From the NCBI RefSeq assembly GCF_037042905.1, contig NC_087263.1:13704001-13768000 (forward strand): 64,000 nt of DNA, written 5' to 3'. Of this stretch, positions 51,592 to 64,000 are shown in pieces. Each line of letters starts with the position of its first letter. Position 1 is the first letter of the stretch. The notes below the pieces were generated by a model, which was not told the origin of the DNA, made no database searches, and worked only from the letters and a program-made list of their open reading frames with translations. The position numbers and the translations under genes are program-made. Source of the stretch: Lytechinus pictus (lineage: Eukaryota).

Positions 51592-52489
51592 ATGACTTTA
51601 CCTCTTCCAACAAGTCAGTTTGACATGCAAGTAAAGAAAGAACCAGAGGAACCAGAAACATGTAGTGACCATGATTGGGAACGAGAAGATGATGCCAAAC
51701 GGACTGATGTGGGCAATGTCCAGTCTCTGAGGAGTGGAACCGGTCACCAAGATGAGCGTGAATATGGCATGCGAGTTGAGGAGAATGATGTCCAAAGGAC
51801 CTTGAGGGCACATATAGATGAAAATAAAGATGTTGCTAATCGCTACCGACATCCAAAGGTGGTCATGACTCGGGGACATGGCCCTCTATCACCACTGATG
51901 CCATCTTCGGAAGCGGGTAGCAGTGAAGAATTGACAGAAGAAAATGAGCTGCAGAACTGTGCTTCTGCTTGCGCTGATCTGCACAACAAGTCAACACTGC
52001 CCCGCTTCGTATACGGAATCTGCAACACATCCAGCTTCAAGAGAAGGAAGAAGGAAGCAGCGAAAAGTCACTTCGGACAAGGGTGTTCCTCACTGACCTC
52101 AAATTGTACCAAGGTCGAACTGCCACATGGAAAACCATCATCCTCATTACTGTTGTGCAATGTGAATGGACATCAGTCTGCCTTACATTTAGCTGACCCC
52201 AAAGAAATTACATGTAGGACTCAAGACAGAAGCAATACTGCACGACCCACTCATTACCCAATGACAAGTGTCATTGCTTACAGTGGCGGCACCTTCTCCG
52301 AAGAAGCTATTGGCAATGGCAATCCGGACTTGAGAGGCCCTTCCGAGTTGTCTTTTCAAGATGCAGCTTTGGATTTGACCACTGCCCAAGGCAAGCGAGA
52401 TGGTCAAGCTGACTTTGGTGATCAGGATAGTCAGCATATATCCTACACTGCAAAGATCAGTGAAGAGACAAAGAGCAGCATTGCTGGAG
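51592..52489 (+). CDS. C2H2 zinc-finger protein, coding exon 1 (disordered N-terminus)
   Basis: Long ORF downstream of a polypyrimidine-CAG acceptor (about 51397); phase-1 donor G|GTATAA; VKKE and ALDLT motifs. Possible 5' UTR exon ending at GA|GTAAGT (about 50777). Confidence 0.75.
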
Positions 52490-52544
52490 GTATAATGATC
52501 ATAATAATACTTTAATGATGATAGAAGTAATGGCACTATCAATA

Positions 52545-53387
52545 TTAAAGGGGTACTCCAGGCTGAAGATAATTATATCTAGATAGATAGAGTACAATAC
52601 ACAGAGCAAAATGCTGAAAATTTCATTACAATCTGATAACAAAGGACAAATTCATTTGATTCTAAATTTTAGCAGTTATGTACAATGTGCATGCCACCAT
52701 GAATATTGATTAGGCGGGCTGATGTCACATCCCCAGTTGCCTTTTTGATGTTATTACATGAAATCTTTTACATCATTTCATGTTGTTTTAAAGATATGTC
52801 TGGCCTATGATAAAATAAGTTCCAGCGATGAATATCTAATGCATTAAATCAGTTGTCAATCCATTTTTTATTCCTTACCTTACCTTACCGCAAATTCTGG
52901 AAGAATGCTGAATCAGCAGTCGAGCTTCCAGGTCTATCTTGTCAGCTTGGAAGACAAAATTTGAATAAGCTTGATTTCAGTAATAAAATACAAAAATAAC
53001 AATTGGGGATATGACATCATCAGTGTGCTTATTAAATATTAATGAATTATGATGAAATGTTCATTGTTGTGTTTGTCTGATTTTCCCTTTACTATTAAAA
53101 GGTCAAGTCCACCCCAACAAAAATTTGAATAAAAGGAGAAAAATCCAACAAGCACAATACTGAAAATTTTATCAAAATCTGATGTAAAATAAGAGAGTTA
53201 TGACATTTTTAGGTTTCGCTTCATTTCACAAAATAGTTATATGTACATCCAGGTTGGTATGCAAATGAGGGTATTGATGACATCACTCACTTTTTCTTTT
53301 ATTTTTTATTGTTTGAGTTATTCAAATCACCACTTTTTTTAGGTGGACTTGACCTCTAAGTCATTATTTTCAGCCTGGAGTATTTAA
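52545..53387. mobile_element. TTAA MITE with a second TTAA-type MITE nested at about 53097-53359
   Basis: TACTCCAGGCTGAA / TTCAGCCTGGAGTA; inner AGGTCAAGTCCACC / GGTGGACTTGACCT. Confidence 0.75.
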
Positions 53388-53704
53388 TGCTTATTTTTAA
53401 CTCGTATTTTTTGTTCTTTATCCTGATATTATTTCATAATTGTACACAATGTTTTTGTGTGTTTTCCATGAAAATGCGGAAACTAGGAAAGAATAAAGCT
53501 TCATAAACAATGAATTTGGTAAGCAATCCTTAATAAGAGTAATACAATCAGAAGCAGAATCTGTCATGATCAATAGTTATTCCCCAACTTAGAGAAAATC
53601 TGAAAGAAAGAAAATGCAATGAATGAAACGCTGAATTCTATGCGAGAGAAGGAATGACATTTAATAAATCCTGTTTACATTGCTATCCACCTACCTACTC
53701 ACAG

Positions 53705-54732
53705 ATGGAGAACAGCTTCCGGAGGGCTCACGGAAACGGTTGTTGAGCATCACAGGGATGATCCAGAGGCAGAAGCTACCCATGATGAAACGCTATGAGG
53801 TGAAAGATACTGTACAGGAGACAGAAGGAAAGGAGCCTTGGAGTGAAAGGCATCCCGTCTGTGGATCACATCCTCGAGACTGCGTTGATTCCCATCTGAT
53901 GATTGGGTACTATGGGACGATACAGGGAGGATCTCAGTTGGTGATGCCGTCAAAGGATGTTGCCGCAGACATCGAAGGAGAAAGAACGACGGGAGATGAT
54001 CCTGTAGGAGTCTTCGAAGACTGTTCAAGAGATGGTCCTCTTGATGGCTTGTTGGATCGTGACAAGAATGAAATGAAGCACTCTCTGATGGGGTATTATC
54101 GGGTAATAGAAGATTCAGATCATTCTGAGGGCAATGGAGACATTGTCTGTCAAGAGGAGAGAAGAATTTCGAGAAATGAAAGTACAGAGGCAAATGCTGG
54201 GGATGACCCAATTAAACGGTTCAAGTGCAAGGTGTGCGGACGAGCATTTCGGCATTCCCAAGGACTAACTGCCCACAAGAAAATCCACAGCGACGAGCGT
54301 CCATTCCCGTGCCAGTACTGCGATCTGAAATTCCGTGTCAAGCAAAATCTGATCACCCACGTCCGGACTCACACGGGGGAGAAACCGTACTCTTGCGAGA
54401 TCTGCGGCCGCGGGTTTGGCCAGCAATCCACCATGGTGCGTCACCTTCGCAGCCATACCGGGGAGAAGCCGTTCTCCTGCAAGTACTGCCAGCGAAAGTT
54501 CACCCAGCGCCATGTCATGATGAATCATGTCCGTATACACACGGGAGAGAAGCCTTATACTTGTGAAGTGTGCAGTAAAAACTTCAAAGAGCAGCACAAT
54601 CTGGTTAGACATGTCAGAACGCACACAGGGGAGAAGCCTTATACCTGTGGCGATTGCGGGAACAAGTTCACCCAGAAAAATCATCTCATGAGGCATGCCA
54701 AAGTACATATTCCAAAAAAGCATACCATATGA
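53705..54732 (+). CDS. C2H2 zinc-finger protein, coding exon 2 with six fingers
   Basis: CACAG acceptor in matching phase; six C-x2-C-x12-H-x3-H fingers with TGEKP-type linkers; TGA at 54730-54732. Confidence 0.93.
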
Positions 54733-54752
54733 TGTTCTTTATTCCATGTTGT

Positions 54753-54913
54753 CTGGGGAGCGTTTCATCAATATTTTCATCCGACAAGTTGTCAGATCTG
54801 ACATCTTTCCATGATTTTGATTGGCTGAGAGGCACTGTTCCTATGGTAACTGTCGGATGAAATGGGACTTGTCGGATAAAACGTCCGACAAGTCCTTTCA
54901 TGAAACGCCCCCA
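54753..54913. mobile_element. MITE in the zinc-finger 3' UTR
   Basis: GGGGAGCGTTTCAT...ATGAAACGCCCCC, with inner ATCCGACAAG / CTTGTCGGAT. Confidence 0.7.
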
Positions 54914-55743
54914 AGATGGTGCTAGATTTTCAAACAAGATGCCTCTAATTGTCTATGGAGTCTGACTGTGCACAGCTACATGGAAGGTTTTTTTTTTACC
55001 TTGTTTTCAAATGAGATTAGTGTCCACATTCATTAAAATCTATTAATTTCAAGAAACAGACAACATATTTTTTTTTGTCAAATACTTAACACATTTGAAT
55101 TTTGTGTTTATGCTTCTACCCACCATAGGTGGTTAGTCTACAGGCACAGACCTTTTGTTTCCGCAATTTTCATAGTGCATAATGCAGAGTCTGAATTAGT
55201 GAGACTAGATTCACTATGTACTGTGGCTGCCTCTACCAAAGACATATAGAGTTTTGAATCTAGTCTTAACCCAAATATGATGGGGGGGGGGCCTTGACAT
55301 TTTTTGCGATAACATTTTGATCAGATTCCTTTAAAAAGTCTGTGAACTAAAAATTAGCATTTTATGGGCATTATTTAGTTAATTAGTCAGAGCTAACTTT
55401 TGATTTTACGCATAAATAATACAATTAATTAGCAGAATTTAATCTTATAGTTTTGTAGATTATGCCATGGGTAACGTGCGTGCCAATTTGCATCGCGATC
55501 GTGTGATCGAAGGCATCAAAATAACCCAGTCTATTAAGGGTTATATCTAGACATGGTATGATTTGTAAAATTTCCAATTTGAGTCTGTACTTGCAGACTA
55601 ATTATTGGTTGCCACAGGGGTAAATTGCCAATTTGTCTATTGGCAACTTGTCCACTTATCACATGGTCTCCTTTCATGTAGTCTAATGCCATTCCATCCA
55701 TCAACATTTTGTCTAACAACCATTTGGTCCAATAATCTTGCCA

Positions 55744-55896
55744 GGGTGTTTCATAAAGCTGTTCGTAAAGTTACGCACGACTGGAACATGATCTCAGGTC
55801 CTTACTCAATTACATAGGATATCACTTGGCATGAGAAAGGGTTGCCAGTCGTGCGTAAAGTCATTCATATCTTACGAACAGCTTTAAGAAACACCC
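55744..55896. mobile_element. MITE
   Basis: GGGTGTTTCATAAAGCTGTTCGTAA / TTACGAACAGCTTTAAGAAACACCC. Confidence 0.75.
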
Positions 55897-58800
55897 ACCA
55901 GGTACACATTCACCTCTCCTGGGTTAAGTGCAGCTCAGTGTGGATGAATTTATTGCTGAAGGGAAATAAAACACTGTCGCCCTGCACAGTGGCGTACGCA
56001 GGGGGGAGTATGTTCAACCCCCCTTTCAAAAATCCTGCGTACGCAGCTGGCCCTGCATCAGCAACTGCATTGTATATTTGCACCATTTAATACAAAAGTC
56101 TAGTATCCTGCAGCTTCCCAAGTGAAAGCTTACCCAAACAAGGTAAAATTATGTGATTGTGAGAAGCTAGCTTTATTAAAAACTGATAAAGGTTTTTGTC
56201 CACATGGGTGTAGCGATAGTGGTAAAGATGCCTACATTATTCATACAAATATTTCAATTTTCATCTCCCAACGATTTAAGGAGACATTGTTTCCTTATAA
56301 AGTCTTACTTTAACTTATTATTTCAGTATATGCAAACACTGGAAGTTTTAAAATTGACAGACTTAGATTTAGTGTATCTGTGTTCTTAATCACTTCTGAG
56401 AAGCTGTCAATTCATATTGCCTTGACGTTAAATTATTCCTCACATTGAGGTATCTCACAAGACCTAAATCAATAATGCGAACACAAAGCGCGATCTGATT
56501 TTTTTATTTTCATGTTTTTTATCATGAAAGCCTAAGTAGTTGTTATGATGCCTACATTATTCAAACAAATATTTCAATTTTCATCTCCCAAGAATGTAAG
56601 ATTATGTTCTTCTCTGATTGTGTAACATCATTGTTTCCTTATAAAGACATACTGTAACTTATTATTTCGGTACATGTATATATACAAACACTGGAAGTTA
56701 TAAAAATTGACAAAGACTTAGATATAATACCAAGTCAATCCATATTCTTGCCTTAATGTAGTGACTATTAATTATTCAACCATCTAAATATTTATGGTAC
56801 AGCTAATCTGGTTTCAGTCAAATCTTTTCGGACCAACAAAATCTGTTTGACTTCGGAGAAATTTGACTTTTTTAATAGAAGATGCATAAATCACGTGCTT
56901 TCACAATCTGTTATGCATAAATTGATTCAACTTATGTAAGATTGAATTATGTAGGTTTACCTATATTCATCATAAAGATATTTGTAATTAAATACAAAAG
57001 TGCTTTTTATAGTTTTATGAGAACAAAATATTTTTGCAACCTGGCATAATGTCAAGTTTTGCCAAGCTCTAAAATTTGTTAAATGTCGTATATGGTTAAT
57101 CACTATAAAAAATAAAATTAAAAAAGAATCAACCAACCTGTTTAAATTGAATATTTTTTTGTCTCCAGTTTTGCCGAGATCCAATATAAAAATTACAACA
57201 GTAAAAATCATGATATGATACAATGTGTAAGTAAGCCTACATTTTACCAGAAAACTTTTAATTTTTTATTGAATTACTGAAGTTTTCCATGGCCAAGAAG
57301 AATAGTGAGTTTGGGTGGTTCTTTTCAGGACCAACACTTGCCCAAGAAAGATACATGGTGTACCATGAAACCTAGTACAGTATTAAACTTCACTATTATT
57401 TGTATTACATAATTTATGCAGGGGTGGGTCCAGGATATTGCGTGAATGAGAGACACATGTCAATTATAAAAAAGGGCACTTTTCATAAATGGAGAGGTGC
57501 AATGCCATCTTTTTTTTTCCGAATTGGGGGGGGGGGGTGGAAGCAGTCCATTCTGAATACATACCTGCTTGCATTAATGCATTCTTGCCATGCAATATGA
57601 ATGATTGATTGAAAGTGATTGTAAATGAAATTTTCTTTGCCGGTATTGGCACTGTCTACTTATTAAATGCTCCGCACCAATCATAATCAATTGATGAAAT
57701 TGTTACATGTAACATATGTTTGTTCATCTTGTTTATTTCTCTATTTTGTTTTAGTGTTATTTTAGCAGGGTTGCTCCTTCAGTAATTTACACACTGTTAT
57801 CCTAGAAAGACCTACATCAAAATCAAAAGTATAGATATGAAAAATGAAGATCAGGGGCCACAGAAGGGGGGGGGGGGCTTCAACCTTCCACTTCTTCAGT
57901 AACCATGTCCAGACATGTAAATGACATTTAAATTGTGATTATATGCATGAACAGCGATCCCCCCCCCCCCACACACACTTTCAACTTAGGTCCATTGCCC
58001 TGCTTAGGCACATTGAGAAACATTTCTATCAAACAAGTTACAGGAGGAAATCCAACCTGTTCTTTCAATGACCATGTACAGAAAAGCGTGAAAATGACCA
58101 TCATGTTGGTTTCATGCGTGTCCATCCCCGTAATCCCCCTAAAACATTTCCAAGGTCCTTCCATGGCTCCTTGCATATGAACGATAAACAATTCATCTTA
58201 AGACAAATACTGTCAAACACGGGCATACAGACGGGGAGGGGGCTCTTAATTGCCCACCCCCTCTGTTTTTCACACTCAAGAAAAAAAAGAGAAAGGAAAG
58301 GGATGAAATGTTACACGTATATTATTTTTCAAATATGTCAAAATCTATCACAAACTTGGATTATTGTAATGAAAATTTCGAAAATTTGGCTCTCTCACTT
58401 TGCTTTCTCGCAACTTCTCGCAACTTATTGATTTTATGCGATATGCCATATCAAGCCCCCTCAAAATTTCTGGCTCATTATGCCACTGCTGTCAAACAAG
58501 GGAACATAAAACTACACACTGGACGGTATTCTGATAGCCATGCATGGTTTTACCTGGGACCTGATGCCCGGGGGGGGGGGGGTTACTCTCGAAATAAGGC
58601 TTACGGGGATGGGCCGCATTTTTGGAAGAAATCCCTATACATGGGGTATGGTTTTATGCCGGAAAATCCCTAAACATGGCCCCAATGTGTAGATACTGGC
58701 CTTAAACATTGGTTTTTAACCTAGCTGCAGCCGCACACCCCCGTCCAAATCAATTCTAAGTACCCCCCCCCCCCCCAGGAAGGGGGTACTCGATTCATAA

Positions 58801-59253
58801 AAGTAAAACTCTGGAAATTGTTTTGCCAGAGTTTTTCAATGTGTTAAGGGTCAGTAGCATAATTTTGTTTGGCAAAAAATCTATGCAATAAGCCCCAGCT
58901 AGGTTAATGAAAGAGATAAACAAAAATGTTATCCTGCTGCAAACGTTATCAATAAATTAATTGAGTTGTGAAATGGGAAGAATACAAAAATATATTGGCA
59001 CATTATTTTTCAGGGGCTTCAAACAAAATGCGAGCGCGCAGCGCCAGCTGATAGTATGTTTTGACAACTTAATTCTTAATGAGGTAGGGCCACTTTAAAA
59101 TAATGGAATACACGAAGACAATATGAACTTGTCAAATTTAATAATGCGACCGCGCAGCATGAGCTGAAAATGTTTAAATTTAGACCATAAAACGGACATT
59201 TTACAGAGCACTTGAAAAAAAAAATCAATTTGTAATTAATTTGTAAATAACAA

Positions 59254-60609
59254 CCCAGGACCAAAATCCAGTTAAAACCAATTAGGGCAAAACCAATTGA
59301 AACCAGTTGGCCAACTGGTTTCAATAGGGAAATTGGAACAACTGGTTCCAATTGAAAACCAGTTGCCAATTGGTTCCAGTTAAAAACCAATTGGTTCCAA
59401 TTGAAAACCAGTTGCCAATTGGTTCCAGTTAAAACCAATTGGGCAACTGGAACCAGTTGGCAATTGTTGTCAATTGGTTCCAGTTGTTCCAATTTCCCTA
59501 TTAAAACCAATTGAATCCAATTGGAGGCAACTGGTTTCAATTGGTTCCAGTTGAAACCAATTGGAGGCAACTGGTTTCAACTGGAACCAGTTGAAACCAA
59601 TTGGTTTCCAACTGGATCCAATTGGAACTTCCAGTTGGAACGAACTTAATTAGTTACAAATTAATTAGCATTTGCACTAACTATTTCTCATATGCCAACA
59701 CAGAAGCAGTGTTATATGTCTATTAATACCAATGTAAAGGGCATTGATAAAATACAGACTTTCATGTGTATATATTTATATGGAAGATCTTCAAATATAT
59801 GTACTTTTATTTGATGTAATTTGGTAACAGTTAGTGGTGTACTAATTATCATTTAATCTGTTTTAATTATAATCTATAACATTTATGAACATGGTTTTCA
59901 CTGCTAAGTATTCTAAATACTTATCTTTAAAAAGTGTGGTACTTGAAATTGTAAAGAATTAAATAGATACATTGTTAATGATGATTAATCTCATAAAACA
60001 AATAATATGCAAATTAACTGGTTTCAATTGGATCCAGTTAGGTAACTGGAAAATTTCCAATTGGAAACCAATTGGAAATAAATTCCAGTTACCCAACTGG
60101 TTCCAATTAGAATTCATTTCCAGTTACCCATCTTTCCAGTTAGAAGTCATCTCCAGTTACCCAATTGGTACCAGTTAGGATTTCCAGTTACACAACTGAA
60201 TGGTTCAAGTTAGGATTTCCAGTTACCCAACTGGTTCCAGTTAGAAATCATTTCCAGTTGGAAGTCATTTCCAGTTGCCCAACTGGTTCCAGTTGGGATT
60301 TCCAGTTACTCAACTGGTTCCAGTTAACTTTAGAAATCATTTCCAAGTGGAAGTCATTTCCAGTTACCCAACTGGTTCCAGTTAGGATTTCCAGTTGCCC
60401 AACTGGTTCCAGTTGGGATTTCCAGTTACTCAACTGGTTCCAGTAAGAAATCATTTCCAATTGGAAGTCATTTCCAGTTACCCAACTGGTTCCAGTTAGG
60501 ATTTCCAGTTGCCCAACTGGTTCCAGTTGGGATTTCCAGTTACTCAACTGGTTCCAATTAGAAATCATTTCCAATTGGAAGTCATTTCCAGTTACCCAAC
60601 TGGTTCCAG
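59254..60609 (+). mobile_element. CCCAGGA-terminal element with CCAGTTGG/CCAATTGG tandem arrays (copy 1, interrupted)
   Basis: Terminus CCCAGGACCAAAATCCA; reverse-complement match to about 62900-64000; related start at 43700. Confidence 0.75.
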
Positions 60610-60610
60610 C

Positions 60611-61427
60611 CCCTTACAAAAATGTCGTGTGGTATAACTGTGTGGTACCCGGCTTTACCACACGAATTACCACATGAATGTAGGTTACCACATGGTTACC
60701 ACATGAACATCTGTGGTAATTTTCCATATCCTTGTGTGGTAACGTCAGCTGGTAGCTGTGGTAATTTATTGTCTATGTGGTACTTCTGTGGTAAATCAAA
60801 ATTACCACATGAATGCATGTTACCTCATGATGCCATTGTGTGGTAATATAAATTCAAATATGTGGTATTTGTGTGGTATTGTTATATTTCTGTGGTAAAT
60901 CAAAATTACCACAGGAATGCATGTTACCACATGATGCCATTGTGTGGTAATGTAAATTCAAATATGTGGTATTTGTGTGGTATTGTATACTTCTGTGGTA
61001 AATCAAAATTACCACATGAATGCATGTACCTCATGATGCCATTGTGTGGTAATGTAAATTCAAATATGTGGTATTTGTGTGGTATTGTTATACTGCTGTG
61101 GTAAATCAAAATTACCACATGAAAGCATGTTACCGCATTAGCCCATTGTGTGGTAATGTAAATTCAAATATGTGGTATTTTTGTGGTGTTATATGCTCTG
61201 CGGTAAATCAAACTTACCGCATGAATGCAATACCACATGATGCTATTGTGTGGTTATGTCAATTCAAATATGTGGTATTTGTGTGGTATTGTTATACTGC
61301 TGTGGTAAATCAAAATTACCACAGGAATGCATGTTACCACATGATGCCATTGTGTGGTAATGTAAATTCAAATATGTGGTATTTGTGTGGTATTGTTATA
61401 CTGCTGTGGTAAATCAAAATTACCACA
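60611..61427. repeat. Element beginning CCCTTACAAAA with about 6 tandem units of about 103 bp
   Basis: GTGGTAAATCAAAATTACCAC hairpin recurs about every 103 bp. Confidence 0.8.
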
Positions 61428-61879
61428 CCCAGAAGGAAAAACCAGTAAGACCAGTAAGAATTTTCACTGGTTTCCAGTAGAATTTTACTGGTTTCCAGTA
61501 TATTTTTACTGGGCCAGTTGATTTTTAACTGGACCAGTAAAAATCAACTGGAGACCAGTTCCAACAATTGCATTCCAGTTGAAGCAATTCATCAGTTAAA
61601 TTGTTTTTCATCAAACTGGTGTTTCTGGTCCAATAAATGGTTTCCAGTAGATTTTTACTGGTTTCCAGTTTATGTTTACTGGACCAGTTGATTTTTAACT
61701 GGACCAGTAAAAATTAACTGGAGACCAGTTCAAACAATTGCATTCCAGTTGAAGCAAAGTAGTAATACCAGTTAAATTGTTTTTCATCAAACTGGTGTTA
61801 CTGGTCCAATAAATAATGAATTTATTTCAAGTCAGATCATTTGACGAATTATGGAAAATGAATCTTGCAATTTAGAGAA

Positions 61880-62070
61880 AGTTATTATCGTTATCATTGT
61901 TATCATCATTCTTCTTATAATTATCATAATTATTATTATTATGATTATTATGATCATTGTTGTTATCATTCTTATTACTGTTATCATTGTTATTGATATT
62001 GTAATTATTATTATTAATATTATCATAATTATCAAGTATTAATATTATCATTAAAATAATTATTTCCTTT
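61880..62070. repeat. Imperfect (TTA/TCA)n microsatellite
   Basis: Seen directly. Confidence 0.85.
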
Positions 62071-62393
62071 ATGATTAAGATCAAAGCAAGATATATTCCT
62101 CTGATATAGTCAACTGGTCTAAAGTAATTCATTGTTTGAAATTGAACTGGTCAAGACCAGTAATACCAGTAATTCTGATCATGTGGTTTACCTCATTAGC
62201 ATAATACCTATTTTAAAAAGAAAAATCAGGATTTAGAATGGTATATCCTTGCAATGGCACTCATTGTTGTTTAAAAACTTTCCAAATAAGTGTGTGAACT
62301 AATTCACAATGAAAATATGTAATTTCATATATCACATTTAAAATAACAGCAGAAAGATTAATTTACTAACCAGTTTTCCATCACATTTCACTG

Positions 62394-64000
62394 CCCAGGA
62401 CCAAAATCCAATTGAAACCAGTTGGATTTCCAACTGGTTTCAATTGGTTTCAATTGGTTTTAACTGGTTTCAATTGGTCTTAACTGGAATTTAATAATTT
62501 CCAGTTGAAACCAGTTGGGCAACTGGAAATCCTAACTAGAACCAGTTGGGTAACTGGAAATGACTTCCAATTGGAAATGATTTCTAACTGGAACCAGTTG
62601 AGTAACTGGAAATCCCAACTGGAACCAGTTGGGCAACTGGGAATCCTAACTGGAACCAGTTGGGTAACTGGAAATGACTTCCAATTGGAAATGATTTCTA
62701 ACTGGAACCAGTTGAGTAACTGGAAATCCCAACTGGAACCAGTTGGGCAACTGGGAATCCTAACTGGAACCAGTAGAGTAACTGGAAATGACTTCCAATT
62801 GGAAATGATTTTTAACTGGAACCAGTTGAGTAACTGGAAATCCCAACTGGAACCAGTTGGGCAACTGGAAATCCTAACTGGAACCAGTTGGGTAACTGGA
62901 AATGACTTCCAATTGGAAATGATTTCTAACTGGAACCAGTTGAGTAACTGGAAATCCTAACTGGAACCAGTTGGGCAACTGGAAATCCTAACTGGAACCA
63001 GTTGGGTAACTGGAAATGACTTCCAATTGGAAATGATTTCTAACTGGAACCAGTTGAGTAACTGGAAATCCCAACTGGAACCAGTTGGGTAACTGGAAAT
63101 GACTTCCACTTGGAAATGATTTCTAACTGGAACCAGTTGAGTAACTGGAAATCCCAACTGGAACCAGTTGGGCAACTGGAAATCCTAACTGGAACCAGTT
63201 GGGTAACTGGAAATGATTTCCAATTGGTTTCCAATTGGAAATTTTCCAGTTACCCAACTGGATCCAATTGAAACCAGTTAATTTGCATATTATCTGCCAG
63301 TGTGCACAGATTAACGTTTTATGAGATTCATCATCATTAACAATGTATCTATTTTTCTCTTTTCAATTACAAGTACCACACTTTTTAACTCTTTGCATGC
63401 TGAATTAATTTCGGGGATTATAATGACAATTGTTTCCAGGTCATTTTCTTTTATTCACAATTTCCATATTGCACCATTGATACTTATCATTATTATATAG
63501 ATGTTATCCAAGAACAATTGCTTTTAATTAGCTTATCTAATTTGAAGGTAGGGGAGAAAATTAATTATTGCGATTTGTGGAATTTAATTGTACGAATGTG
63601 TAAAATTGCAACATCAGCGTGCAAAGGGTTAAAGATAAGTATTTAGAATACTTTGCAGTGAAAACCAAGTTCATAAATGTTATAGATTATAATTAAAACA
63701 GATTAAAGGATAATTAGTACACCACTAACTGTTACCAAATTACATCAAATGAAAATACATATATTTGAAGATCTTCCATATAAATATATGTACATATGAA
63801 AGTCTGTATTTTATCAATGCCCTTTACATTGGTATTAATAGACATATAACACTGCTTCTGTGTTGGCATGAGCAATAGTTAGTGCAAATGCTAATTAATT
63901 TGTAACTAATTAAGTTCATTCCAACTGGAAGTTCCAATTGGATCCAGTTGGAAACCAATTGGTTTCAACTGGTTCCAGTTGAAACCAGTTGCCTCCAATT
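62394..64000 (-). mobile_element. Second, inverted copy of the CCCAGGA element
   Basis: Same terminal sequence at 62394; body is the reverse complement of about 59520-60609. Confidence 0.8.
63385..63632. mobile_element. piggyBac-like TTAA MITE inserted in copy 2 only
   Basis: TTAA-CTCTTTGCATGCTGA...TCAGCGTGCAAAGGG-TTAA; copy 1 has a single TTAA at about 59926. Confidence 0.8.

Noticed and set aside
53750..54723. Antisense ORFs over the zinc-finger exon
   Set aside because: Expected shadows of a GC-richer coding exon.
60780..61427. Regularly spaced palindromic repeats resembling a CRISPR array
   Set aside because: The intervening sequences are themselves near-identical, there are no cas genes, and the context is eukaryotic.
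59076..63234. Repetitive ORFs (NWNQL..., MWYLCG...)
   Set aside because: Translations of tandem DNA repeats, open in several frames and strands, with no splice context.

Overview
AT-rich, repeat-dense animal genomic DNA. The SINE/MITE repertoire and gene families suggest an invertebrate deuterostome such as a sea urchin (inference only). Three spliced protein-coding genes can be rebuilt from GT-AG signals and exon phases. (1) A minus-strand secreted or surface protein: signal-peptide exon (17835-17898), small Cys exon (16219-16314), then a recently expanded array of phase-1 six-Cys sushi/CCP exons (7247 to beyond base 1), two of them broken. (2) A minus-strand three-exon aminergic-like class A GPCR (40394-31444, about 386 aa) with several non-canonical motifs. 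(3) A plus-strand gene with six C2H2 fingers (51592-54732, about 641 aa). The most unusual object is a 4.6 kb non-autonomous LTR element (11346-15954) in an intron of the sushi gene. It has CG..CG termini, a 3-bp TSD, a tRNA-Leu-like PBS and a decayed protease-like/low-complexity ORF. It sits inside a tRNA-derived SINE head and carries a captured copy of the host gene's own intron. Also present: a fully pairing tRNA-like cloverleaf with a TCA anticodon, a minimal hammerhead-ribozyme motif, CR1/L2-type LINE relics, a HINE-like element with an internal satellite, many MITEs, and a probable nested stack of CCC-terminal elements at the right end.
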